In this document: piece by piece, positions 29,511-39,281 of the stretch
Layout of the letters: each line of letters starts with the position of its first letter
How positions within the stretch are numbered: position 1 is the stretch's first letter
NCBI GenBank assembly: GCA_041571435.1
Contig: JBFFUI010000001.1
Coordinates: 83,506 to 147,505, forward strand
Source of the DNA: Sulfurimonadaceae bacterium
Lineage (GTDB): Bacteria; Campylobacterota; Campylobacteria; Campylobacterales; Sulfurimonadaceae
Reading direction: 5' to 3'
DNA length: 64,000 bases
Notes under the pieces: generated by a model
What the model saw: only the letters and a program-made list of their open reading frames with translations
What the model was told of the DNA's origin: nothing
The model's database searches: none
Made by a program: the position numbers and the translations under genes

Positions 29511-30119
29511 CTATTTTTTAGGCGCGGGGTATTTTGCTTTGATCCTGTCGACAAAAGCGGCACACTCTTTTTGAAGATGTTTAAGGTCAAGCGAGTTATC
29601 GATCACCCATGTCGCCCGTGCCTTCTTCTCATCGATCGGCATCTGCGAGGCGATGCGGCGCTTGGACTCCTCTTCACTGTACCCGTTGCGTTTCATAAAG
29701 CGTTCCAGCTGTACATCGGCAGGGGTATAGACCACAACCGAATCCTTTATATCGTAGGCATTGCTCTCGAAAAAAAGAGGGATATCGATCAGATAGGGGT
29801 ACTTGAAGCTGTCCTGTTTCTCGCTTTGGCGTTCGATCTCTTCACGGATCAGCGGGTGCAGAAACGCTTCAAGCTCCTCTCTCTTCTTCTTGTCGGCAAA
29901 GACAACTTTTCCCAGGGCGGGACGGTCGACTTTACCGCGGGGCGTAATAAACGCTTCTCCGAAGTGCTCTTTGACCCAAGCCGTGTTTTGGTCAAGGATC
30001 TTATGCGAGATAGCATCGGCATCGATAATACGCAGACCGCTTAGACCCAAAAGAGAGGCGACAGTACTCTTGCCTGTTGCAATACCACCAGTCAAAGCGA
30101 TCGCGTATTTGAATGCCAT
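29511..30119 (-). CDS. coaE: Dephospho-CoA kinase
   Basis: LTGGIATGKST, IDAD, LHPLI, DIPLFFE. Confidence 0.96.
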   Translation of the reverse strand: MAFKYAIALTGGIATGKSTVASLLGLSGLRIIDADAISHKILDQNTAWVKEHFGEAFITPRGKVDRPALGKVVFADKKKREELEAFLHPLIREEIERQSEKQDSFKYPYLIDIPLFFESNAYDIKDSVVVYTPADVQLERFMKRNGYSEEESKRRIASQMPIDEKKARATWVIDNSLDLKHLQKECAAFVDRIKAKYPAPKK

Positions 30120-30673
30120 CAGTTTTTAATAATGCCTAGGTAGGTTTTACGGATGTAGTTCGGTGTTGCGAACGCTGCCGGGTGGATGTCACAGTTATAG
30201 TACTGTTGACCATCAAGCATGTCTGCTCGGTGCAGGATGATATCCGCTGTCGGGTGATAGGCTTTGGAAGCGAGCAGCAGGGTTTCACCATTACCGATGT
30301 AATACGGCATGATGATCTTGAAATAGTTCCCGATGATCCCCATCAGATTTTTGTTGTCCGCTTCATTGTCAAGAGAAGGGTGCTTCATAACGACAAGGCC
30401 GTCATCGGTTAAGATACGGTTGACGTGGGCAATGGCTGCCGCATCCTCTGTCATGACATCCATCAGGACAACGTCTGCCGAACCATCCGGTTCGCCGCGC
30501 AGAGATGTCATCAGGTCTGCTGCCGGAACAGTTTTGCTCTTCATTGAATCGTGGCGGGCCACTTCCCTCTCAAGTGCGGTAGCATCGTCGCTTACAATCA
30601 GTACGTTTTCTGGTTTTTTTACTGTACACAGTGGAACGTGTACCATCATCTCCGGATAAATAAACTCTTTCAT
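30119..30673 (-). CDS. Short spermidine synthase-like protein
   Basis: FIYPEMMVHVPL and YYNCDIHPAAF; lacks the N-terminal domain and the GGGDG motif. Confidence 0.75.
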   Translation of the reverse strand: MKEFIYPEMMVHVPLCTVKKPENVLIVSDDATALEREVARHDSMKSKTVPAADLMTSLRGEPDGSADVVLMDVMTEDAAAIAHVNRILTDDGLVVMKHPSLDNEADNKNLMGIIGNYFKIIMPYYIGNGETLLLASKAYHPTADIILHRADMLDGQQYYNCDIHPAAFATPNYIRKTYLGIIKN

Positions 30674-30949
30674 AATTGGTTATTTCCTTAACTTTGGTGT
30701 TCAAAGACACCTTTATAGTGACGCGATTTTAACATCTTTAGATTAAGGGGTTCTCTTAAAAACGCGACTTCTCAAAAAACTAAGTTTGTATGCTGCAAAA
30801 ACAAAACTGTTTCATCAATGTTCCTGGCGACATTCCAGCCTTGGAGACTGCGCTTGGATCCCTTTTATTACAAGACATGAATCAAAATAAACATAACTAA
30901 TATAATTATTTTATGTTACCATCAAGCAATTACAAAAAAAGTGACTGCC

Positions 30950-31843
30950 ATGGTACGTTTAGTTTTCATCTTCATTATAACAGGTTCGCTTGTACTGTTT
31001 GCATCCGATATCGACTTGAACGCGTCAAAAGGGACCGACCAGAGTGTCATCGCTTCGCTTTCTCCTGCCAAAGCACAGCTCGATGTATGGAACAACGCCA
31101 AGATCGAGATCTCGTTTAACGTCCCGATCGACGCTTCGAGCGTGCAAAAGAACAATGTCAAGCTTGTGCATCTCTCCTCCAGGACCAACGACCACATCGA
31201 CGGCACCATCAGTTATGACAAATACGACAACAAAGTCGTTTTTGTGCCAAGCGCTTTACTCCCGATGGGCACTTATGAAGTGGAGATCAAAAGCCTCAAG
31301 CCGACCAAAGAACATCAAAACGAACAGATCAAGGAGATCAAGTACCGTTTTTATGTTCCCGAAGTGATTAATGACCACCAGCTGCCGCCGGAACCTGATC
31401 CTACAGTCAACAACTCAACGTTGCTTGGGATCGACGTGAACAATAACGGTGTACGAGATGATGTTGAACGTTATCTATTAAACAAATATAGAAACCATCA
31501 TCACATCGTTATCGAAATGGCGCTTCAACATGCCAGAGCTTTTCAGATCGTTATCGCCAACCCGCAAGATGCCAAAAATACTTATCACTTTATCAATGAT
31601 GCACAAGATTGTAATTTTTACTTTCAAGATGATGCAGAAGAATTTGGTGATCCGGTTTTGATTGATCATGAAATATTTAACAATGCATTCAAAAACATCC
31701 AATTAAATACCCCAACACGCATTAAAGCTTATCTAGAATATGACCGACTTCTCAGTGGAGACATTTATCCATTAACACCGATTCAAGAGCAAAAAGCCAA
31801 ATGTGATTTTGATGTCGATACATTGCTAGGTAAAGAAAGATGA
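30950..31843 (+). CDS. Secreted bacterial Ig-like (Big_5) domain protein with DxNxNGVRDD motif
   Basis: Signal peptide; IEISFNVPID...VVFVPSALL..GTYEV Big_5 pattern; LPPEPD..NNSTLLGIDVNNNGVRDDVE. Confidence 0.7.
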   Translation: MVRLVFIFIITGSLVLFASDIDLNASKGTDQSVIASLSPAKAQLDVWNNAKIEISFNVPIDASSVQKNNVKLVHLSSRTNDHIDGTISYDKYDNKVVFVPSALLPMGTYEVEIKSLKPTKEHQNEQIKEIKYRFYVPEVINDHQLPPEPDPTVNNSTLLGIDVNNNGVRDDVERYLLNKYRNHHHIVIEMALQHARAFQIVIANPQDAKNTYHFINDAQDCNFYFQDDAEEFGDPVLIDHEIFNNAFKNIQLNTPTRIKAYLEYDRLLSGDIYPLTPIQEQKAKCDFDVDTLLGKER

Positions 31844-32748
31844 AACAGCATACGTTCGCCATTTTATTTTTTTTAATGACGACACTTTTGCATTCTGAAA
31901 GCCTGACGATCAATGAACGAAAAACAGATGTATATTTTGCCAATGGAGTTTTGACAGAACAACTAAAAGCATATAGTCATATGAAGTTGATACGAAAAAG
32001 AGTTAAATCGTCTATGTATGATAATTCATCAGAAAAAATGCAAAAAGACTTGAATTTCGATATTGCCTATAATTCAACATTAGGAACGTCAGAAGATTAT
32101 TACGAAACTTACTTACAGATTGATGAGGAGAAACCTGGGTTTTTTGATGATCTTAGATCGTTTTGGGGTCGCTTTGTTACAAATGGTGTTATTGATGATG
32201 TAGAAGAGCAGATTGCAGATGCAAAATTGCATGAAGAAATGGTGCGACAAGTACACGATGCAGACTTAGAAGTGCAAATCACAAATTATGAGAGCTCTAT
32301 CAATAACGGACATGCCATAGCCGTTATCAGTCATTCACAAGGGAACTTGTTTACGAATGAGGCTTATGCGGCGGTTACGGCCGGAGATAAAAACGCATGG
32401 CGGAAAAAATATTTTAAAGCTTTCGCCGTTGCGACGGCCGCTACAAAACTGCTTGAGGAAAAGCAATATAACCCTTCCATTGTTTTTGATAACGATCCTC
32501 TTTCACGGATGGCTACCTATTTTGGATTTAAAAAAACATATAATCCAAATAGATACCAGGAACAAAAAAAAGATCAATGGGGTGATTTGAATTATTATGA
32601 CAATACAAATGCACTTTTTCATTCCTTTAAATACTATATGGGTGAACCAATCCAATACACGGACGGACATGGTGATCATAATGTTTCTACAAACATCGCT
32701 AAAGATCAAATTTTAGGTTTTATTGAAGATAGTGTTGTCAAACGATGA
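31840..32748 (+). CDS. Secreted alpha/beta-hydrolase (lipase-like), probably C-terminally truncated
   Basis: Signal peptide; FANG oxyanion region, SHSQG nucleophile elbow, candidate Asp (NDP) and His (FHSF). Confidence 0.65.
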   Translation: MKQHTFAILFFLMTTLLHSESLTINERKTDVYFANGVLTEQLKAYSHMKLIRKRVKSSMYDNSSEKMQKDLNFDIAYNSTLGTSEDYYETYLQIDEEKPGFFDDLRSFWGRFVTNGVIDDVEEQIADAKLHEEMVRQVHDADLEVQITNYESSINNGHAIAVISHSQGNLFTNEAYAAVTAGDKNAWRKKYFKAFAVATAATKLLEEKQYNPSIVFDNDPLSRMATYFGFKKTYNPNRYQEQKKDQWGDLNYYDNTNALFHSFKYYMGEPIQYTDGHGDHNVSTNIAKDQILGFIEDSVVKR

Positions 32749-32950
32749 AACAATCGCATACGTCGCCGACTGGAGCGGAGGGGTAGTGGTATTGGATGTC
32801 AGCGATCCGGCTCAACCGCATCCGATTAGCAGTTATGGCGGTACTGAAGTCGTACAAGATATCAGCTTGAACGAAAATGGTGACACACTATTTGTAGCCG
32901 ACTGGTACGGTGACCTTCACGTTGTCGATGTGAGCATCCTAAACCATTGA
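32723..32950 (+). pseudogene. LVIVD-repeat C-terminal fragment, out of frame with the upstream hydrolase
   Basis: Two repeats AYVADWSGGVVVLDVSDP / LFVADWYGDLHVVDVS; no convincing own start or SD. Confidence 0.6.
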
Positions 32951-33057
32951 ACGTTCATACGTATGGAACCGTAGAAGGGTACGGCTTCCGCCGTTAATCC
33001 CATCCTAACATCACCTCTGCTATAATCGCGATAATCATTATATTTAGCGGAGCCATC

Positions 33058-34053
33058 ATGAGCCAGATCAGCTACAAAGACGCAGGTGTCGATATCGATG
33101 CCGGAAACAGTTTTGTCGAGAACATCAAACCTTTAGTTAAATCTACACGTATCCCGGGCGTACTTGGCGGTATCGGTTCATTTGCAGGTGCATTCGAACT
33201 GCCTACAGGCTATAAAGAGCCCGTAATGCTTGCTGCGACGGATGGCGTCGGTACCAAGCTTAAACTGGCGATCGATTCGGGTATCCACAACACGGTCGGT
33301 ATCGACCTTGTTGCAATGTGCGTGAACGACCTTATCTGTAACAACGGTACCCCGTCATTTTTCCTGGACTACTATGCAACCGGCAAACTCGAAGTCGATG
33401 TCGCAACAGCGGTGGTCTCAGGGATCGCCGAAGGGTGTCGTCAGGCGGAGTGTGCACTTATCGGTGGCGAGACGGCTGAGATGCCGGGTATGTACAGTGA
33501 AGACGACTACGATCTGGCCGGTTTTGCGGTCGGTGTCGCAGAGAAGTCTGAACTGGACACGGTTAGCAATGTCCGTCCGGGGGACAAACTTTTGGCACTG
33601 CCGAGTTCAGGCCTTCACTCAAACGGCTTCTCTCTGGCACGCAAGGTGCTTTTTGAAAAGATGAACCTCGACTTCAACGAGGATTTCAATGGCAAGCCGC
33701 TGATTGAAACACTGTTGACACCGACAAACATCTATGTCAAGACCTACAAAAAATTCAAACCGCAGATCCAGGCGATGGCACACATCACCGGCGGTGGACT
33801 TGTCGAGAACCTGCCACGTGTTCTTCCTGAAAACATGCGTGCCGTTATCAAAGACGAAAACATACGCGTCCTGCCTATCTTCGACCTTATCGGCCAGCAT
33901 GTTGCCCGCGATGAGATGTTCAGAGCATTCAACATGGGTGTGGGCATGGTTCTCGTTGTTCGTCCCGAAGATGCAGCGACCATTCTTGCAGACTCAGACG
34001 CATATGAGATCGGTGAGATCACAGAAGGCCCACGCGAAGCGGTCATCGTTTAG
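33058..34053 (+). CDS. purM: Phosphoribosylformylglycinamidine cyclo-ligase
   Basis: YKDAGVDI, TDGVGTKL, GGETAEMP, SGLHSNG, HITGGG, FNMGVG. Confidence 0.98.
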   Translation: MSQISYKDAGVDIDAGNSFVENIKPLVKSTRIPGVLGGIGSFAGAFELPTGYKEPVMLAATDGVGTKLKLAIDSGIHNTVGIDLVAMCVNDLICNNGTPSFFLDYYATGKLEVDVATAVVSGIAEGCRQAECALIGGETAEMPGMYSEDDYDLAGFAVGVAEKSELDTVSNVRPGDKLLALPSSGLHSNGFSLARKVLFEKMNLDFNEDFNGKPLIETLLTPTNIYVKTYKKFKPQIQAMAHITGGGLVENLPRVLPENMRAVIKDENIRVLPIFDLIGQHVARDEMFRAFNMGVGMVLVVRPEDAATILADSDAYEIGEITEGPREAVIV

Positions 34054-34208
34054 TTCAAAAAATCTTCAAAAAACAGTGCGCCTTTCACGGCAACGCTGTT
34101 GCATGCCTCTTCTATACTGTCAGGTTTAAAACATTTCTTTCATATACACTTATTTCTGCAACAACTTTTTCGCTATACTAAACAGGACACACCATAAGAC
34201 GGGAGCCT

Positions 34209-36755
34209 ATGAAATCGATCAACACCTTGATATTTCGGCACTTTTTCACCCAGGCGCTGCTGCCTATTCTGCTCATCGAGTTCTCGCTTATCATCACCCT
34301 TTTTTTACTCAACAACTATCAGTCAAGACAGAATAAAGATGCGCTTGAGGGGATCGCGCATGAAGCCTTTATCGAGATCTCCAATCAGACCACAGCCCGC
34401 ATCAACCAGCACTTCGTTCAGGCAAAAAATGCCCTTTTGCAACTCACCAACACCAGTGAGATCTTTCTTGACATGCGTCATCAGCGTCCAAAAAACCCGC
34501 AAAACTACCAATATTACAACGGTTTTTACCAATACTCGCCGCCGCGCATCTCTCAAAATGGGTTCTACCAGTACAGACAGCCCAGCAAGACCCCCATCTA
34601 TACGACCAATCTAAAAAGACTGAATGATTACGACTACAGTATTTTAAACTCCTTCTTACCGCTTAGACCTATCGCGAAGGCGATCTTGAATACACCGCAC
34701 ACGCTTATCACCAACATATGGGTGAACATCGACAAAAAATATGCCTTTGCCTTCCCGCCTATCAATCCGAAGAAAGAGCTCTCGCCAAAGCTGGATGTGA
34801 CCAAGCACGCTTTTTACTATAATGCCGATCCCCGACATAACCCTGAAAGACGTAGCCTGTTTGTACCTCTATACAAACAGGCTTGGGCCTTAGAGAACGG
34901 CGAACTTGGCACCTATGTCAAGCCCATCTATCACCAAAACAAGTTTATGGGCGTCATAGGCTTCACACTCAATGTCAAAGAGATCGCGAGTGTTATCAAC
35001 TCCCTTGAACTTCCATTTGAAGCACGGGCTATGCTGATGGACGATGAGAACACCCTCATTGCCTCTTCAAATCCGGCAGCGATAACTGCAGACTTTGGCG
35101 CACACTCGTTTTACCAGATCTACAAAGAGAAGATACCGGGCGATAAGAGCACGATGATGATCGATATGAAAAGTATTGATGACCCCCGTTATATAGCCTA
35201 CACGATGTCCATTCAAGGAACAGACCTTAAAACTGTCATCTATGTTGAGAAGACGTCCATCTTCGCCCCTATCAATGCCGTCAGCAAACGCAGTATCCAG
35301 GTCGGAGTCTCTTTTATTATCGTCATCGCACTCTTTTATCTCTTTTTCTTCTGGTTCAACTATGTCTCACTCAAGAGACTCTCACGATCCATCACAAAAC
35401 CGCTGACCGCCATCGTCACGTTTTCTTCACAGCTTGGCCGAAAAGAGAAGTTGCATCTAGAGAACTCCAAGATCAGTGAACTTGAGAGCCTCAACACCAA
35501 CCTCAATCACACGCATGAAGAGCTTCTGGACATGTTGATCAAAGACAAAGAGACCGGTCTCTTTAACCGACGCAAGCTGGCTGATGACCTGTTCGAGACC
35601 GACGCATTATGCCTGGCAATACTCCATATTCAAAACTACCGGGCTATCTTGAACTATTACGGTCAAAACAGTGTATCTGCTCTGTTGGAAAGTATCATAG
35701 AAGCGCTCAAAAAAGAGCCCTCTCTTATCCTCTATCGCATCGCCGACAATGAGCTTGCCATACTGCTGAACAACCGGGAACCAGAATACTTTTCCGCCTT
35801 GCTTCAACAGCTCAATGCGATCCGTACCACCTATAACACGGTAGATCTTCACCCCTTTGTCTATGCCGGTATCGCACTGGTCGAAAATGACGGCAGTGAG
35901 CTGGAAAAAGCGACCCTTGCACTGCAGAACGCCCTCGACAACCAGGTTTCGACACCGACCTACTACCAAGAAGCGTTTGACAGAAGCAGCCAGGTCCGCC
36001 AAAACCTGATGTGGGCCGGACATCTCAAAGACGCGATTGCAGAAGATCGTGTCAAACCCTATTTCCAACCTATCTATAACCTTAAAACAGAGCGCATAGA
36101 GAAGTTTGAAGCGCTTGTTCGCATCGAAGAGGATGGAGAGGTCGTCGAACCCCACCACTTTTTGGAGAGTGCCGTGAAGATGGGGCGTATTCATGAGATC
36201 ACCCTGCTGATGATAGATAGGGTCTTTCAGATTGCCGCACGTTACCCGGAGCTTACTTTCTCGATCAACCTCTCGTTTAAAGACATCCGTGACACCCGCA
36301 TCCTCGATGTCATCATCAGCCAATGTACCCATTTTAAGATCAAACCGCAGCAGATCGTCTTTGAGCTGCTTGAGACAGAAGCGATCGACGATCCGCAGCT
36401 GAGCATCGCATTTTTTACCACCTTGAAACAGGCCGGTTTTGCCATCGCCATCGATGATTTCGGTAGTGGGCACTCCAACTTTGCCAACTTCTCTTCCATG
36501 CAGGTCGACTTCATCAAGATCGACGGACAGTTTGTCAAAGACATTGACACCAACCCAAGTTCCTTCAACATCAGCAGAAGTATCAGCGAGTTTGCCAAAG
36601 TGATGGGGACTCAATGTATTGCTGAGTTCGTAAAAGATGAAGCGGCGCTTAAAAAAGTGCGCGAATTAGGGATCGACTACGCCCAGGGCTTCGTGATCTC
36701 TCAAGCCGTTCCAGCAAATGAGATCGATGCCCTCTTAAAGCGAGTCAATGGCTGA
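34209..36755 (+). CDS. Membrane Cache-sensor c-di-GMP phosphodiesterase (degenerate GGDEF + EAL)
   Basis: Two TMs flank a Cache-like domain; TGLFNRR with ADNEL in place of GGDEF; EAL, DDFGSG, KIDG, AEFV, QG intact. Confidence 0.85.
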   Translation: MKSINTLIFRHFFTQALLPILLIEFSLIITLFLLNNYQSRQNKDALEGIAHEAFIEISNQTTARINQHFVQAKNALLQLTNTSEIFLDMRHQRPKNPQNYQYYNGFYQYSPPRISQNGFYQYRQPSKTPIYTTNLKRLNDYDYSILNSFLPLRPIAKAILNTPHTLITNIWVNIDKKYAFAFPPINPKKELSPKLDVTKHAFYYNADPRHNPERRSLFVPLYKQAWALENGELGTYVKPIYHQNKFMGVIGFTLNVKEIASVINSLELPFEARAMLMDDENTLIASSNPAAITADFGAHSFYQIYKEKIPGDKSTMMIDMKSIDDPRYIAYTMSIQGTDLKTVIYVEKTSIFAPINAVSKRSIQVGVSFIIVIALFYLFFFWFNYVSLKRLSRSITKPLTAIVTFSSQLGRKEKLHLENSKISELESLNTNLNHTHEELLDMLIKDKETGLFNRRKLADDLFETDALCLAILHIQNYRAILNYYGQNSVSALLESIIEALKKEPSLILYRIADNELAILLNNREPEYFSALLQQLNAIRTTYNTVDLHPFVYAGIALVENDGSELEKATLALQNALDNQVSTPTYYQEAFDRSSQVRQNLMWAGHLKDAIAEDRVKPYFQPIYNLKTERIEKFEALVRIEEDGEVVEPHHFLESAVKMGRIHEITLLMIDRVFQIAARYPELTFSINLSFKDIRDTRILDVIISQCTHFKIKPQQIVFELLETEAIDDPQLSIAFFTTLKQAGFAIAIDDFGSGHSNFANFSSMQVDFIKIDGQFVKDIDTNPSSFNISRSISEFAKVMGTQCIAEFVKDEAALKKVRELGIDYAQGFVISQAVPANEIDALLKRVNG

Positions 36756-36888
36756 CATTAGGGGTTACATAGATGATTATAAAAGAGATAGATAGTTAGG
36801 ATAACATTGAAGATTGAAGCGGCAGAAGCCGCCGCCCACTTTGCGTTTTGGCACAAGCCGAGAAGCTTGGCCTCTGCCATAAGCGGTT

Positions 36889-38343
36889 TTAGCGCGCGTC
36901 GTACACATCCTTGCGCGGAAAGATAAATGTTGAAGGGCGATCGACGACGATACGCTCTTTGTCGTCTATTGCGTATGCCCGGATTGTGATCGGGATGCTC
37001 GTATCCTTTGTGGCATCATCAACTAACAACTCATCAGCATAAAGAATGAGGACTTTCTTCTTTTTGGTACTCGGGTGTGCCGTAAACGGCTTAGTCGGTT
37101 TCAGGATCTTGATCTTGCCTTCATACGGTGCCGGTGCAATGACGTCAAAATAGAACTTATGGTCTTTGTTCTCTGTATTTTGAAGCATGAAGACATAGGC
37201 ATTATCGACACGCTTCACACCGTCCTCGACTACCTTGACATCATAGAGCCGACTCTCCTCTTTATTGATGTTAAGAAGCATATGCTCTTTTGTTGTACTC
37301 ATAAAGCCAAGGATCACCATGATAATAACAAGGATCGCAGCATATCCAAGTACTTTCGGACGGAAGAAGTTTGTCTTACCCTCCTGGTAGATCACCTCTT
37401 TATCACTTGACCAGCGGACAAGCGACTCTTTACCCAGTTTGCCCATGACGCTTGTACAGGCATCCACGCACTCCAGACAGTTGATACACTCTAATTGCAG
37501 GCCCTGTCGGATATCGATATGTGTCGGACAGACAGTGACACAAGACTCGCACGCCGTACATTCTGAATTGGGCTCCACTGTACGGATATCTTTCTCTTTG
37601 GTATAGAGTTTGGTATGCTCATCATAGATCTTACCGCCTCGGTGCGGATCGTAGATCGCCATCACCGTATCATCATCGTAAAGTACCGACTGGATGCGTG
37701 AATACGGGCAGACATAGACACAGAAATTCTCTTTGATCATGACAACATCAACGATCAGGAAAGCGGCAATACTGATCAATATACCCAAAAGAACCAAGTG
37801 CTCCATCGGATGTGCCATATAGGCGATGAAGTCTTCCGGCGGTACGAAATACCATAAGAAGTCTGCCGCTGCTACAAACGCCAGGACCGTCCATAACAGT
37901 ACTGCGATCACTTTTTTGACCTTGTTCTCCAGCTTCGACATATCGGGCTCTTGCTGCTTGTTTTTGATGCGTTTACGCAGTCGCAACAGCTTTGTCTCAA
38001 TCAGGTCACGGTAGAGAACACGAAAAATCGTCTGAGGGCACATCCATCCGCAGAAAACGCGGCCACCGACGACCGTCAGTCCGAAGATACCGATAAACAG
38101 GATCATCAGGATAAACGGCATCAGATACATCTCCTGCATGTCAAACTGTATAAAAGCAAGATGCAGTTTCATTTTGTCAAACGACAGCAGGAAAAGGTGA
38201 TTGCCGTTGATCGATATCCATGGTGCGATCAGTGCAAATGCCGTGACAAGGCCGAAGAACCAGTACCGCATAATCCGAAACGGGATCCACCCTTTTAGAT
38301 AGTCTTTTGTCGATTTTTTTTCGACGGCTACAGTTTCACTCAT
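36889..38343 (-). CDS. ccoG: Cytochrome c oxidase accessory Fe-S protein CcoG
   Basis: GRVFCGWMCPQT, FCVYVCPY, CTACESCVTVCP, CINCLECVDAC. Confidence 0.93.
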   Translation of the reverse strand: MSETVAVEKKSTKDYLKGWIPFRIMRYWFFGLVTAFALIAPWISINGNHLFLLSFDKMKLHLAFIQFDMQEMYLMPFILMILFIGIFGLTVVGGRVFCGWMCPQTIFRVLYRDLIETKLLRLRKRIKNKQQEPDMSKLENKVKKVIAVLLWTVLAFVAAADFLWYFVPPEDFIAYMAHPMEHLVLLGILISIAAFLIVDVVMIKENFCVYVCPYSRIQSVLYDDDTVMAIYDPHRGGKIYDEHTKLYTKEKDIRTVEPNSECTACESCVTVCPTHIDIRQGLQLECINCLECVDACTSVMGKLGKESLVRWSSDKEVIYQEGKTNFFRPKVLGYAAILVIIMVILGFMSTTKEHMLLNINKEESRLYDVKVVEDGVKRVDNAYVFMLQNTENKDHKFYFDVIAPAPYEGKIKILKPTKPFTAHPSTKKKKVLILYADELLVDDATKDTSIPITIRAYAIDDKERIVVDRPSTFIFPRKDVYDAR

Positions 38344-39005
38344 ACTTTCAACTCCTCTTTTGTTTTTCCGGTATGGGGACAGACGATCTTGTCTATCACT
38401 TTCTCTTCCGCATTAGCGGGAACATCGAGCGTGACAAGACCTTTTGCCACCTCTTTGAGTTCACGTGACTCGATGTAGTCCTTTAACGAACTACGGCTTA
38501 CATTCATCTCCCGCGCCATAGCACTCACACTTACGCCATTGCGGATATACCCGATAATCCGGTCGAGGTACGGATCGAACTTGGACGATGAACGGCTCCC
38601 TTTTGGACGACCAATCATCTTTTTCTCTCTGGTTTCGAGAACCTGACGCAACTGATCGATAAGACCCAGTACAAGCATCACATCACTTTTCTGGTCGATC
38701 ACTACACCGGCATTGATCACATGGAGACGCATATTGTTTTTCAAAAGACAGGCACACATCTGCAAAAGATCCGTAATATTACTGCTCAATACCCAGATAT
38801 CGGATATCAGAAGATCCCTGTTCTGATGGCTTTTAAAAAATTTTACAACCTCTTCACGTGCATCCAGCGTGTTGTTCTGTGAGGTATGATCAACAAATTC
38901 ATCAGAGATTTCGATAGCATTTGCCAGCGCATACGCATTGATGCTTTTGAGCTGCTCAAAGGCACCGTCAAAATATTTATCTGGACGGATATAACTAATA
39001 GCCAT
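38340..39005 (-). CDS. Degenerate serine-recombinase (resolvase)-family protein with C-terminal HTH
   Basis: Resolvase-like layout (YIR...EQ...D-LLI...GRPKGS...HTH SAMAREMNVSRSSL) but YIRPD replaces YxRVS. Confidence 0.7.
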   Translation of the reverse strand: MAISYIRPDKYFDGAFEQLKSINAYALANAIEISDEFVDHTSQNNTLDAREEVVKFFKSHQNRDLLISDIWVLSSNITDLLQMCACLLKNNMRLHVINAGVVIDQKSDVMLVLGLIDQLRQVLETREKKMIGRPKGSRSSSKFDPYLDRIIGYIRNGVSVSAMAREMNVSRSSLKDYIESRELKEVAKGLVTLDVPANAEEKVIDKIVCPHTGKTKEELKV

Positions 39006-39042
39006 TGACGAATAAACCTCCAATTTTTTTTATTTCATCATC

Positions 39043-39072
39043 ATTATAGACCATCTTGACGTTTAAAGTCAA
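39043..39072 (-). promoter_or_regulatory. Sigma70 promoter with overlapping TTGAC-N7-GTCAA inverted repeat
   Basis: Minus strand TTGACT-18nt-TATAAT; palindrome at 39056-39072. Confidence 0.6.
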
Positions 39073-39281
39073 TTGATTTTATATTATTTACGTCACTCAT
39101 ACGCTTTGTCGAAAAATTGTGATTTTTCTGTGATATCTGCAGAAGGTGTTGAGCGCCTCTTCCGATGCCGTTTACCTTCTAAAAGTAACGGTGGGGTATA
39201 ATAATAGAACACAAGGGCATCTCTAAAATTCTTACTATAAAAAGAGTTTTACAGTTACCCTCAATAGCGAGAGGAGAGGGT

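Noticed and set aside
35607-36614. 335-aa minus-strand ORF
   Set aside because: Antisense to the EAL gene with no recognisable motifs; typical codon-bias shadow.
38340-39005. Resolvase as evidence of a transposon
   Set aside because: Catalytic residues are absent, there is no transposase or terminal repeat, and it is coupled to a housekeeping gene.
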